Shown piece by piece: positions 11,904 to 22,721 of a DNA stretch of 64,000 nt. The notes beneath the pieces are model-generated. The model worked only from the letters and a program-made list of their open reading frames with translations, was not told the origin of the DNA and searched no databases. The stretch's first letter is position 1. Each line of letters begins with the position of its first letter. A program made the translations under genes and the position numbers. The stretch is from Macrostomum lignano. Lineage: Eukaryota. The stretch is from positions 1-64,000 of the forward strand of contig NIVC01000398.1 in the NCBI GenBank assembly GCA_002269645.1. The letters are read 5' to 3'.

Positions 11904-12153
11904 TCAATAACAGGGATCAGGACACGGCTGTAGCCTTAGAAACAGGTGGTCAACTAGCAGGGCATTGCGTAGTTCGCGTTCAAACTCCTCCTGGGTGACC
12001 GTGGCGTCGGCCACTCCACGTCGCATTATCGACACCCGGGCGGTCAGGTCTAACACTCCAAGGCCGTCAGACGGCAGGTCAAGGACTGCCAGGCGCCAGT
12101 AGAACCACCGATCCGGCTGCATGCTGTAGTTCTGCAGCAGGTGGCTCACTGTG
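11904..12153 (-). CDS. F-box gene terminal exon
   Basis: It translates TVSHLLQNYSMQPDRWFYWRLAVLDLP...ALLVDHLFLRLQPCPDPCY*. A phase-2 acceptor GGCCAG|C fits, but the exact acceptor is uncertain. Confidence 0.65.
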
Positions 12154-12270
12154 CTGGCCGATAGAAGCGGCTGGTCTGGACAGTGCGGCAGGAGGGTCTT
12201 AAGATTGGCTTGGTTACCGAAATTTTGTCGGCGTCTAAGGCACCGACGAGAGTTGCTAAACACATTTTGA

Positions 12271-12410
12271 TGAGAGATGTTAGACACGGAAATGTTGACG
12301 AGAGAGATGTTCGACACGGAAATTATGACGAGAGAGATGTTCGACACGGAAATGATGACGAGAGAGATATTTGACACGGAAATGGTGACGAGAGGTGTTA
12401 GACACGGAAG
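12271..12410. repeat. 30-bp minisatellite (GAGAGATGTTCGACACGGAAAT..GAC), about 5 copies, intronic
   Basis: Tandem periodicity. Confidence 0.85.
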
Positions 12411-12678
12411 AGGTCCATAATCTTAGACACAAAATAAAGTAGATTGCAGAGAAATAATATGCTTTAATCAGTACGTCGTTTAAAGTAAAGACAGTATTCG
12501 AAAAATATATAAAAACACGTAAAAATCACCATTAAGTTCGCGATGTCCTTTGCAGGTAACATCTATCGAGCATTCGAAATTGGAAATTGTCACACTCCGA
12601 CGGTTGATCCTGCGAAGCGAAATGCGACGTCTGTGCTCAATAACATTGTTGCGTTGGTTTATAAAATCTGTCGAGATA

Positions 12679-13108
12679 CTTGAATAAATAGATGGACCAC
12701 TCAGAACATTTGCGTGTAAGCTACTTTCAGTTCAGTAGACAGTTAAACAGAAGAATTTTAATGTATTTTTAAAGCCAAGGCTCATATATTGGCTCTTTAC
12801 CCCCCTCAGCCTAAACCCTCCAACCGCTACTCCACACTTACCCCCCGCCCGCCCCAATTTTTATTTGCCCTTCTCGGAATTCCAGCCAAAAGCTGCTATG
12901 TACATTTCAGTGGACTGGCCAATGTACATTACTGCTGAACCAATTAGCATGCAAGCTGTTTACGTCTTCAAGTTAAGGCTTCTAAACTTATCAAAGTTAT
13001 TTCAGCCGCCTTTAAAATAGCTTATGTATTCTTCTTTGCTACTGAAATGGACGTAGAAAGCTATTTTACTAAGTATATATGCCTGAGTGACCCATCCAGT
13101 TATTCTAG
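12679..13108 (+). mobile_element. About 430-bp TA-flanked MITE, family copy 1
   Basis: Terminal inverted repeat about CTAGAATAACTAGATGG.CCACTCAG with TA on both sides. Homologous to 22994-23422 and 33152-33590. Confidence 0.8.
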
Positions 13109-13155
13109 TATCTGTTTTCGAACTTAAAAGCGACGAATAATTAATAAGAATGCAC

Positions 13156-13409
13156 CTGGCCTGCAACAGTGGAACCCGAACGCCGGAGCTGTCAGCAGCC
13201 GAAGCCACCGATTCGGAGTCGAGAGGATCGCAGAGCAGCTTCTTGACGCGTAGCAGCAGGTCGTAGCGACCCGGGTGCACGCCGACAAAACTGAAATCCA
13301 TGCTTAGCGGCTGGCCCAGAAACACAGGGCTGAGCAGGGGCGCGGGGAACAGGGCCCCTGTTAGAGACGACTCAGGCACCAGTCTGGCTGCTTCACTGCG
13401 CTGCTGCTC
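13156..13409 (-). CDS. F-box gene exon 3
   Basis: Acceptor CTCTCCTCTCCCCTAG|GAG (phase 0). It translates EQQRSEAARLVPESS...MDFSFVGVHPGRYDLLLRVKK. Donor AG|GTGCAT. Confidence 0.75.
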
Positions 13410-13562
13410 CTAGGGGAGAGGAGAGAGCATGGTTTTCGGCATTGGAGATAGATTGGATAGATTGGATAGATTGGATAAAGAAGATTGGAAATAGGCTATC
13501 AGGGGCAGAGCACATGTACATGTAGCTACAATGCATGACAATCATCAGATGACATCCAAATG

Positions 13563-14150
13563 CAGTGGCGTCGCCACTGGGGGGACTGTAAAACCAATGG
13601 GGGACATACCAGTGCTTTTCTTCCAGCCCCACCTTGTGACCCGTTGTGGAAATCAATATTGTTGCTTTAGGGCGCCAAAATGAGTTGCCTGTCTGTGGCG
13701 CCAAAATGAGTTGCCTGTCTGCGGCGCCAAAATGAGTTGCCTGTCTGTGGCGCCAAAATGAGTCGCCTGTCTGTGGCGCCAAAATGAGTGCCTGTCTGTG
13801 GCGCCAAAATGAGTCGCCTGTCTGTGGCGCCAAAATGAGTTGCCTGTCTGCGGCGCCAAAATGAGTCGCCTGTCTGTGGCGCCAAAATGAGTTGCCTGTC
13901 TGTGGCGCCAAAATGAGTTGCCTGTCTGCGGCTCCAAAATGAGTTGCCTGTCTGTGGCGCCAAAATGAGTTGCCTGCTTGCGGCGCCAAAATGAGTTGCC
14001 TGTTTGCGGCGCCAAAATGAGTTGCCTGTTTGCGGCGCCAAAATGAGTTGCCTGTCTGTGGCGCCAAAATGAGTTGCCTGTCTGTGGCGTCAAAAATGAG
14101 TTGCCTGTCTGCGGCGCCAAAATGAGTTGCCTGTCTGCGGCGCCAAATGG
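13563..14150 (+). mobile_element. hAT-like MITE left part (CAGTGGCGTCGCC...) with an expanded internal 26-bp array (GGCGCCAAAATGAGTTGCCTGTCTGT, about 18 copies)
   Basis: Shares GGAAATCAATA..TTGCTT.AGGGCG and CCAAAATGAG units with the complete element at 43683-43998. No right end is visible. Confidence 0.7.
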
Positions 14151-14178
14151 ATAATTTTCAACTGGTTTCAAATCTCAC

Positions 14179-14533
14179 TTGAGCACGTCCGTCAAGGAGC
14201 AGCTGCTCAGGCTGAGCCCTGTACAGCCCCAGCAGCGCGTGCAGGTAGAGCCTGGCGAACGGGTTCCTACCGCAGCAGGTGTCTTTATTAACAAACGCCC
14301 AACAGTTGCGCAGATAATCGGCGCCAAAATGGCGTCGAATTCGTTCAACCCAGCAGGCGTCGCTGGCGCCTCGGTCGGTTGTCGGCGAGTCGATGTTGAC
14401 ATCCACGACGCCGCAGAGGCGACGAAAAGCTGGCGAAACCTTGCAGACGCGGGCCAGTTCGAGTAGGTTGAGGCTGGCAGCGATTCGGGCCAGACAGTCT
14501 GGCGGCAGCCGGTCGAGCAGTGGCGGCCCCGGC
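14179..14533 (-). CDS. F-box gene exon 2, containing the F-box motif
   Basis: Acceptor TTTTTCCGCAG|G. It translates PGPPLLDRLPPDCLARIAASLNLLELARVCKVSPAFRRLC...CWVERIRRHFG, a canonical F-box (L..LP.e.l..I...L...eL.r...Vs..fr.l). Donor CAA|GTGAGA. Confidence 0.85.
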
Positions 14534-14637
14534 CTGCGGAAAAAGATACAGAAAAAACACTGAGGCAGCTGAATTTCCCAGGACTGCAGGGGTCGGCAAA
14601 GTTTTTCTGCCCTGAGCTAAGGACTGCGGACCAGCTG

Positions 14638-15173
14638 AGAGAGGAGAGGCGAGAGGAGAGAGGAGAGGAGAGGAGAGAGGAGAGAGGAGAGGAGAGAGGA
14701 GAGGAGAGGAGAGAGGAGAGGAGAGGAGAGAGGAGAGGAGAGGAGAGGAGAGAGGAGAGAGGAGAGGAGAGGACAGGAGAGGAGAGGAGAGGAGAGAGGA
14801 GAGGAGAGGAGAGAGGAGAGGAGAGGAGAGGAGAGAGGAGAGAGGAGAGGAGAGGACAGGAGAGGAGAGGAGAGGAGAGAGGAGAGGAGAGGAGAGAGGA
14901 GAGGAGAGGAGAGGAGAGAGAGGAGAGGAGAGGAGAGAGGAGAGAGGAGAGGAGAGAGGAGAGGAGAGGAGAGAGGAGAGGACAGGAGAGGAGAGGAGAG
15001 GAGAGGAGAGAGGAGAGGAGAGGAGAGAGGAGAGGAGAGGAGAGAGGAGAGAGGAGAGGAGAGAGGAAAGAGGAGAGGAGAGGAGAGGAGAGAGGAGAGA
15101 GGAGAGAGGAGAGAGGAGAGAGGAGAGGAGAGGAGAGGAGAGTAGGGAGAGGAGAGGACAGGAGAGGAGAGGA
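14638..15173. repeat. (GAGAG/GAGGA)n purine microsatellite in F-box intron 1
   Basis: Pure A/G pentamer-like repeat. Confidence 0.95.
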
Positions 15174-15261
15174 TGATGCCATTGGGCATTAAGAATCCTA
15201 TAGGCTTAAAACCATGATGTCACTCGCATAGCCCAGCATAAGCACACCAGCGACAACTCAC

Positions 15262-15599
15262 AAATCGTTCGCAGAAGCGCACGGAACCTCTGCATCTTGA
15301 TCTGACAGCTCATTCTCATCCTCAACCAGTTCTTCCTCTTCCGTTAGAATGCCAGAGAGTTTCTTCGACTCGCCGTCAGTGCACGAATCGAAGGCGGGCA
15401 GACGGTTGCGGCTGCTGTGCGTGTCGCCCCAGCTGATGATCTCGTAGGCAACCGCCTCGCCCGAAGGCAACCGCCAGATGCCCTGCTCGAAGTGGCCTGT
15501 TCCCACCAGAGTCGACAGGATTCGAGGCGGAGATGCTGTGCTCAACAGGCTCAGCTCGGTTGGGGCTAAGCCAAGGCTGCTCAGAAATGTTTTTATCAT
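15262..15599 (-). CDS. F-box gene exon 1 (putative ATG; acidic stretch EEEELVEDENE)
   Basis: ATG at 15599. The donor TT|GTGAGT joins the phase-2 acceptor of exon 2. The start could be further upstream. Confidence 0.6.
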
Positions 15600-15744
15600 T
15601 TTTAAATAAAATACTTTGGATTTAAAATCTGCGTAGTCTTTTATTTAGGTCTTGCTTTACCGTTTAACTAAGAAATTTTATAGCCATATTAATTACGTGT
15701 TAATTAAGACAACTTCATTGTCTATGTGCCATACTTGAAACACC

Positions 15745-16030
15745 AAGTCTTGATGTACTTTAGCGATAACCATTAAGTCTTGAGTCTTGATGTACTTTGG
15801 CGGCATTTATTGAGTCTTGATGTACTTTGGCGACATTTACCGATTCTTAAGTATTTGGCGGCATTTATTGAGTCTTTATGTACTTTAGCGACATTTATTG
15901 AGTCTTTATGTACTTTAGCGACATTTATTGAGTCTTAATGTACTTTAGCGACACCATCGAGTCTTGTGCTTTGGCTATATTTATTGATTCTTTATGTACT
16001 TTAGCGGCATTTATTGAGTCTTGATGTCTT
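15745..16030. repeat. About 30-bp minisatellite (TGAGTCTTTATGTACTTTAGCGACATTTAT)n
   Basis: Tandem periodicity. Confidence 0.85.
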
Positions 16031-16609
16031 CAAATAATGAAAAAAAAAAAACTAGAAAGTCGAAGTAATCATTACTACTAATTATTAGTAATGAAGTGAC
16101 AAAATATAAATGAAGTAAGAGAAAAAAATAGTACAATAAATTCGAAATGATTAGAATTGCTATATATTTTTCGCGATAATATACAATAATACTGGCGGCT
16201 CATGAGTACGGAGTGGGAGAATTAAAGCAAGAATTAATTAAGAATTAAAAAAGTTCAAAAATAAGAAAGCAAAGACTAAGTCGGAATATTCGATTAAAAG
16301 CTGGATTAACTCCATATTGCACAATAGAAAGTCTGAGTGTGTGTGGCACTAATTATAAGCAGTAAATTAATTTTATTCAAACATGTAAATAGAAAATTAA
16401 GGAAGGTAAAATTTCGTTACACTTTTTAAACATTTATTGTATGCGACAAATTTACAAATATTATTATAATCAATTAAGTACTGTTTTTGACCTTAAAATT
16501 ACGCTGCTCATGTGAAATAATTGATTGGCGATAATAATTGATTGCAGGACCCAATCTTAATAGTTCATGGCTCTTATCTTTGCCATCCAACCACCTTCTG
16601 CTCTTATTT

Positions 16610-17150
16610 CTAATTGCCTATGGCTCTTATTTCTTACACCCAACACCCCCCTATCCCTCCCCACTGACCGCCTATGACCCTTAACTCTCATACCCACCAA
16701 CCCTCCATCCCTGCCCACTGACTGCCTATGACCCTTATCTCTCATACCCACCACCCCTTCATCCCTGCCCACTGACTGACTGCCTATGGCCTTTATTTCT
16801 CACACCCACCACCCTTCTATCCCTCCCCACTGACTGTATATGGCACTTATCTCTCACACCCACCACCCTTCTATCCTTCCCCACTGACTGTATATGGCAC
16901 TTATCTCTCACACCCACCACCCTTCTATCCCTCCCTACTGACTGTATATGGCTCTTATCTCTCACACCCACCACCCTTCTATCCCTGCCCACTGACTGTA
17001 TATGGCTCTTATCTCTCACACCCACCACCCTTCTATCCCTCCCTACTGACTGTATATGGCTCTTATCTCTCACACCCACCACCCTTCTATCCCTCCCTAC
17101 TGACTGTATATGGCTCTTATCTCTCACACCCACCACCCCTCTATCTACGG
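16610..17150. repeat. 54-bp minisatellite, block 1 (ACTGACTGTATATGGCTCTTATCTCTCACACCCACCACCCTTCTATCCCT...)
   Basis: Tandem periodicity. Same family as 17830-18250. Confidence 0.9.
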
Positions 17151-17829
17151 TCCTTATCTATCGCACCCCCTGTTTATGCCCCTTATCTCACACGTCATCG
17201 CCCCCCCTTAGGATTGCTTTTGAATGTCAAACTAAGTGCCAATAAACAGAATGCTTTAATGTTATTTGTAGTAACCTGACTGGAATAAATTACAGCTAGA
17301 GAACATTCGGTAGTATTAATTCTTGTGAAATAAATACAGTAACTATCCAATAGTAAGTATTGCAGCTTCTGACAAAACTAAGATAAATAGTTTTTTAATC
17401 AGGCAAAAAGCGGAAAAAAAACAAAAAACATCATAGATTGCTTGGTTGAGTAAGATTTATTCATATATAAAAACATGCATAAAATTCTATTATTACAACA
17501 AGTTAAAAGGTATAGATTTAAAATATTTGATTAAAAATGAATTGTAGCAAAATAATGAATCGATAATCTTATTCTAATGCATAAATCGTCTGTCCAACTA
17601 GCCTCGAAGATTAAACCTATTAAAAGGCCGTGTCGTTTTCGGGTAGCATTAGTTCCAAGAATTTCTGAAAAAAATTTTACACATGTATTTACTTCAACTC
17701 ACATATGCGAAAAGTTATAATATAAAAAATCTTTTTTCACTCTTGCAGATCACTCTAAACCGATTTTCACACTTGCATATTCCTTCAAACCGTCTAGTTT
17801 CTACTAACTGGCAAACTTTGCGACTTTCT

Positions 17830-18250
17830 ACCCCCACCACGTTGTCTATGACCCCTTTTTTCATGCCCCACCACCTTTCTATCCCTCTCCACTGACTGTC
17901 TACGGCCCTTATCTCTCACACCCACCACCTCTCTATCCCTCTCCACTGACTGTCTATGGCCCTTATCTCTCACACCCACCACCTCTCTATCCCTCTCCAC
18001 TGACTGTCTATGGCCCTTATCTCTCACACCCACCACCTCTCTATCCCTCTCCACTGACTGTCTATGGTCCTTATCTCTCACACCCACCACCCCTCTATCC
18101 CTCCCCACTGACTGTCTATGGCCCTTATCTCTCACACGCACCACCTTTCTATCCCTCCCCACTGACTGTCCATGGCCCTTATCTCTCACACCCACCACCT
18201 CTCTATCCTTCTCCACTGACTGTCTATGGTCCTTATCTCTCACACCCCCT
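17830..18250. repeat. 54-bp minisatellite, block 2
   Basis: Tandem periodicity with the same unit family as block 1. Confidence 0.9.
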
Positions 18251-18708
18251 ACGAGAAGCTTCCGCACTTGCCTCCACACTTACCCTGGCAAACTCAGGCC
18301 CAGTGGCAAGGGTCTCCCCGCCAGGCAGCAGCCGCACGCCGTCAACGGTGGCTTCAACGTTTTCAACAGCATTAGCACCGTCGCTGCACCCGCCGTCACC
18401 CGACTGTTGCGTTAGCAAGCGGAACTGACGACGCACAGGCGGAACTGAAGCTGCAGCAGCTCCAGCCGCCTCTACGTGCAGCTCAATCAAGCGAGCAGTT
18501 GTTAGCAGTAGTCCGGAGTTCGAATCCACGGCTACAATTTGCTCGCTTGGACAGCATCGACCAAGTTGATGAAGCAACGCGGCAGCGGACGTCGCTGAAC
18601 TGTCGGGCGCGTCGACATCGACAATGGAAATCGGCGTCGATTTTGTTGACGACAGAGCCGACTGCATCCGCGATGACAGTTGAACAGGTGTAAACTCTTT
18701 GCGACGCA
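18233..18708 (-). CDS. VPS13: VPS13-like exon 19 (PH-like C-terminal domain, stop at 18233)
   Basis: TTTTGTAG|TG phase 1. AAALLHQL..GLLLTTARLIELHV resembles the VPS13 C-terminal PH fold. An internal donor AGG|GTAAGT at 18284 could lead to another last exon. Confidence 0.75.
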
Positions 18709-18944
18709 CTACAAAAGATTTTTTGGAGTTTTTTGGATAACTTCAAATACCAATCTTGCTTAAGTTCTTTGACAGAACTCTTAACTAAATTAACGCTAGT
18801 ATTCAACCTTGGAAATTTTTGTTCCACATGGAGGAGAAAATATTTTGCAAAAATCTTTAGAAGACGATTAGGGAGTTTTTCTGGATTTTTTTCTGGAAGT
18901 TTCTGGAGCAATCTCTGAAAAATTCTGGGAAATCCCTGAGGAGT

Positions 18945-19235
18945 TCTAGGGGAAACCCTGATGAGTTCTGGTTCTGGGGGAATCCCTGATGAGTTCTGGG
19001 GGAATCCCCGAGGAATTCTGGGGGAATCCCTGAGGAATTTTGGGGGAATCCCTGAGGAATTCTGGGGGAATCCCTGAGGAATTCTGGGGGAATCCCTGAG
19101 GAATTCTGGGGGAATCCCTGAGGAATTCTGGGGGAATCCCTGAGGAATTCTAAGGGAATCCCTGAGGAATTCTGGGGGAATCCTTAAGGAATTCTGGGGA
19201 ATCCCTGAGGACTTTTTGGGAAATTCCAAGAGACT
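18945..19235. repeat. 22-bp minisatellite (GGGGGAATCCCTGAGGAATTCT)n, intronic
   Basis: Tandem periodicity. Confidence 0.9.
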
Positions 19236-19361
19236 TCCAGGGGGAATCGCTAAGAAATTTTTAGAAAATCGTTAGAGGGAGCCCTGGATTCTTCCATAAA
19301 ATTTGCTGGGTAATATCGTCAATAAATCAACTAAAAATGAGAATATAGAAAAATAACTCAC

Positions 19362-19762
19362 GACAGGTGCCGAGCAGGCAGCCCAGCGGCAGGGTGACGG
19401 CCATCCCTGGCCGACGCTTAATCAGCCGCTTGAACTCCCTTCTGGCCCACTGCTGGGCGTCGCCACCGTCGTTGTCCGGCCAGGCGACTCCGAGAGCGTT
19501 GCCAGCGGGAACCGTGGCTCGAAGACGCCAGCCGTTGCCTTGGGCCGCAGATTCTGACGTTCGCAACGGCAGATTTTCGGCGTACAAACGCAGATTGCGC
19601 AACAGTTGGAACCGGTCGATGCGAACACCACTCGATGGCGCGTCAGACTGGGGCGTCAGCGTGGCCAGCAGGCGGACGAAGAACGCCGGGTCGTAGCAGA
19701 GGTCCAGGCGACCGAGTGCGAGCGACATCTCAGAGATGTGCAGCGGTGGCGGCTGGGCAGAC
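19362..19762 (-). CDS. VPS13: VPS13-like exon 18
   Basis: HISEMSLALGRLDLCYDPAFFVRLLATLT resembles RIKYFKVLIQEMDLRLDLGFIYALTDLMT. It ends LPLGCLLGTC, like ILGLDVLGNP. Phases 2/1. Confidence 0.85.
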
Positions 19763-19779
19763 CTGGGTGATGTAAATTC

Positions 19780-20025
19780 AGCGATGGACTATCTAAGATT
19801 AGCGATGGATTATGTAAGATTAGCGATGGATTATCTAAGATTAGCGATGGATTATCTAAGATTAGCGATGGATTATGTAAGATTAGCGATGGATTATCTA
19901 AGATTAGCGATGGATTATCTAAGATTAGCGATGAATTATCTAAGATTGGCGATGGATTATCTAAGATTAGCGATGGATTATTTAAGATCAGCGATGGATT
20001 ATATAAGATTAGCGATGGATTATGT
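19780..20025. repeat. 21-bp minisatellite (TAAGATTAGCGATGGATTATC)n, block 1
   Basis: Tandem periodicity. Confidence 0.95.
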
Positions 20026-20344
20026 CCAGGCCTGGGCTGCGGACCCTCCGCAGCAGGCCCAGTATCCGTTCTCCCACTGACTAAGCAGCACCGATTGCTC
20101 CCCTCACTGACTCACCCGAGTCACCCCCACTGCACGCTCCCCATTGCTTCATGCTACATATCTCCTGTACGTTTGTGTTCGTGCCACAGCACGCCTATAC
20201 GTTTCGGGCCCCAGAGCCCAGAAATATAACGGTAAACACGACCGCCTCAGTCTCTCCACTTTTTGTACTGACTGCCTGCCTGCTCACGGGATCCGCTCCC
20301 AGGCAGAGCTTTGAACTAAACTCCAAGACTCACTTTCAAGTCAT

Positions 20345-20790
20345 TACAGATTATATAAGATTAGCGATGGATTATATAAGATTAGCGATGGATTATGTAA
20401 GATTAGCGATGGATTATGTAAGATTAGCGAAGGATTATCGTAGATTAGCGATGGATTATGTAGGATTAGCGATGGATTATCTAAGATTAGCGATGGATTA
20501 TCTAAGATTAGCGATAGATAATATAAGATTAGCGATGGATTATGTATGTAGGATTAGCGATAGATTATCGAAGATGAGCGATGGATCATATAAGATTAGC
20601 AATGGATTATCTAAGATTAGCGATGGATTATATAAGATTAGCGATGGATTATGTAAGATTAGCGATGGATTATGTAAGATTAACGATGGATTATATAAGA
20701 TTAGCGATGAATTATCGAAGATTAGCGATGGATTATATAAGATTAGCGATGGATTATGTAGAATTAGCGATAGATTATCGAAGATTAGCA
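20345..20790. repeat. 21-bp minisatellite, block 2, same unit
   Basis: Tandem periodicity. Confidence 0.95.
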
Positions 20791-20797
20791 GACTCAC

Positions 20798-22443
20798 GCT
20801 CCATCATCCTCGACTTCAGCAGAACCGGCAGCAGCCATGCAGACTTTCAAATCCGCTCCTAAAAGACGACCTTCACCAAGGACGTCAGCTTTAGGCCTTG
20901 CCTTCAAGGACAGCGGCACCCTGAACTGGTCGGGCGCCTGAGGACACGACTGGTCCACCTGCAAGCGGCCCAGCTTGATCTGGAATCGAACTGGACGATT
21001 AACTTCTCCTTTGTCAGGCTGTTGCGAAAATTCGACTTGCCCGACAAATCCAGGAAGGCAGCGTCGGTAGAGACGTCGCAATTTCGGCTGTAACATCGTC
21101 ATGCCGACCTCCATACTACTGCTAATACTACTGCTAGAAGTAATAGCGTTGTCATTGACCAATTGTTCAAAACAGACTCTCCATTGGTCGGAATCGACCA
21201 GCTCCACTGACGATTGATTTGACAATACCGACGAGACCGGCGTAGACAGCCAGCGTCGGTAAAGCCGTTCGACAGCAGCCGCTGCGTCGGGTTTCAATCG
21301 CACGAAACGACGCTTGCCGCCAGTTAATTTGGTTTTCAACCATACGGGATTGACGTTATCGATGGTGAGGTTGGCAACGTTTCTACAGCCTCTGCCGGAG
21401 CCTCTGCAGCGCTGGCAAGCTGCGCCGTCAGGCGTCGTTGTCGTTGTTGTCAGTAGGTTCGAATCCAAACGTAACAGAATGCCAATGCTGTGCAGGTCGA
21501 CGCGGAACTTCCACGCTTGGCTTCCGTTTCCGGTTCCGGTTCCATTCTCGCGTCCAGTACCGTCACCTGACCCACTTCCGGTTCGATTCTCGCGTTTAGT
21601 TCCGTCACCTGACCCACTTCCGGTTCGATTCTCGCGTCCAGCATAGTCACCTGACCCACTTCCGGTTCGATTCTCGCGTCCAGCATAGTCACCTGACCCA
21701 CTTCCGGTTCGATTCTCGCGTCCAGTTCCGTCACCTGACCCACTTCCGGTTCGATTCTCGCGTCCAGTTCCGTTACCTGACCCACTTCCGGTTCGATTCT
21801 CTCGTTCAGTTCTGTCACCTAACCCACTTCCGGTTCGATTCTCGCGTCCAGTATCGTCACCTGACCCACTTCCGGTTCGATTCTCGCGTCTAGTTCCGTC
21901 AACTGACACGCCTCCGGTTTGAGTTTCTCGAACAGTATTCCCATTTGAACCACTTCCGGTACGATTTTTCCGTCCATTTCCGTTACTAGAAATAGTTCCG
22001 GTTTGATTTTTGCACTTACTAGCGTCATCGGAACTATTTCCAGTTGGTTTCTCTTGTCCAGAATCGTTACCATTAAAGCTATTGGGTGGTTCATGTTCAG
22101 TTTCATTTCCTGCCACATGTACACGTCCGATCTCGTCATTTTTAGTACTTGGTCTACTTCCGGCAAACGCTTGACGCAAATTTTCGACTAACTGAGCGAT
22201 CGCAGCGGCAACGGCAGGCGACACGACCAAGCAGATTCTGTGAAGCGGACAGGACAGCATTACGGATGTAACATCGGCAGACCAGTTGGCCTCGAGTTGG
22301 AATCGCGGATAAGTGCAGTTCGACTGATAGCTATCAGATGAAGGAGTCTCCAGAATCAGCAGAGGCTCTTCAATGAGTTCCGCGCTTGTGCTGGTCAGCG
22401 AGGCGCTGGCGGATGGGCGTTCGAAGGTCGCAGAGCAGGAGGC
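20798..22443 (-). CDS. VPS13: VPS13-like exon 17 (1646 bp; repeat linker, WWE-like insert and C-terminal RBG region)
   Basis: Open from CTGCAG|GCC to GC|GTGAGT. FRVDLHSIGILL, NVANLTIDNVNPVW, AVERLYRRW, MTMLQPKLRRLYRRCLPG and FQIKLGRLQVDQ align by eye with the VPS13A post-VAB segment. Confidence 0.9.
21530..21960 (-). repeat. Coding 42-bp tandem repeat (RENRTGSGSGDGTG, about 9 good and several degenerate units) inside VPS13 exon 17
   Basis: Unit CACCTGACCCACTTCCGGTTCGATTCTCGCGTCCAGTTCCGT. The frame is preserved throughout. Confidence 0.9.
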
Positions 22444-22454
22444 CTGCAGTTAAG

Positions 22455-22690
22455 ACGGGAATGTGTAGACAAAGATGCAAGGATACAGAAAGGACACACA
22501 GCACAGATGCAGACACAAGGACACAAAGAAAATATAAGGCACGAGGACACAGATATAAAGAGACAAGGACACAAGGACACAAAAACCAAAACACAAGAAG
22601 AGGACACAAGAACACAGACACGAGGATACAAAAACACAGAGAGAGACAATTGCCAGGTGCAAAGCCAAACAGACATGCTGACAGAACACT
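22455..22690. repeat. Degenerate CA/GA-rich simple repeat, intronic
   Basis: ACACAG/GACACA-rich low complexity. Confidence 0.7.
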
Positions 22691-22721
22691 ACGGCTAAAA
22701 GAGATGCTGGCCCACACTCAC

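Larger units (their letters stand above)
11904..15599 (-). other. Gene model: 4-exon F-box protein (about 398 aa) with a possible PP2/FBA-like C-terminal domain
   Basis: Exons 15262-15599, 14179-14533, 13156-13409 and 11904-12153 join in frame through GT-AG sites (phases 2, 0, 2). The total of 1197 nt is divisible by 3. Confidence 0.75.

Noticed and set aside
15600-18284. Fusion of the VPS13-like gene to the F-box gene through the donor at 18284
   Set aside because: The donor is phase 0, and the good acceptors near 15540-15590 are phase 1 or 2. Read-through to the 18233 stop gives a normal-length PH end, and the F-box exon has its own ATG. Only cDNA could revive this.
18955-19000. Hammerhead ribozyme core CTGATGAG
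   Set aside because: It is a variant of the 22-bp repeat unit, with no downstream GAAA or supporting stems.
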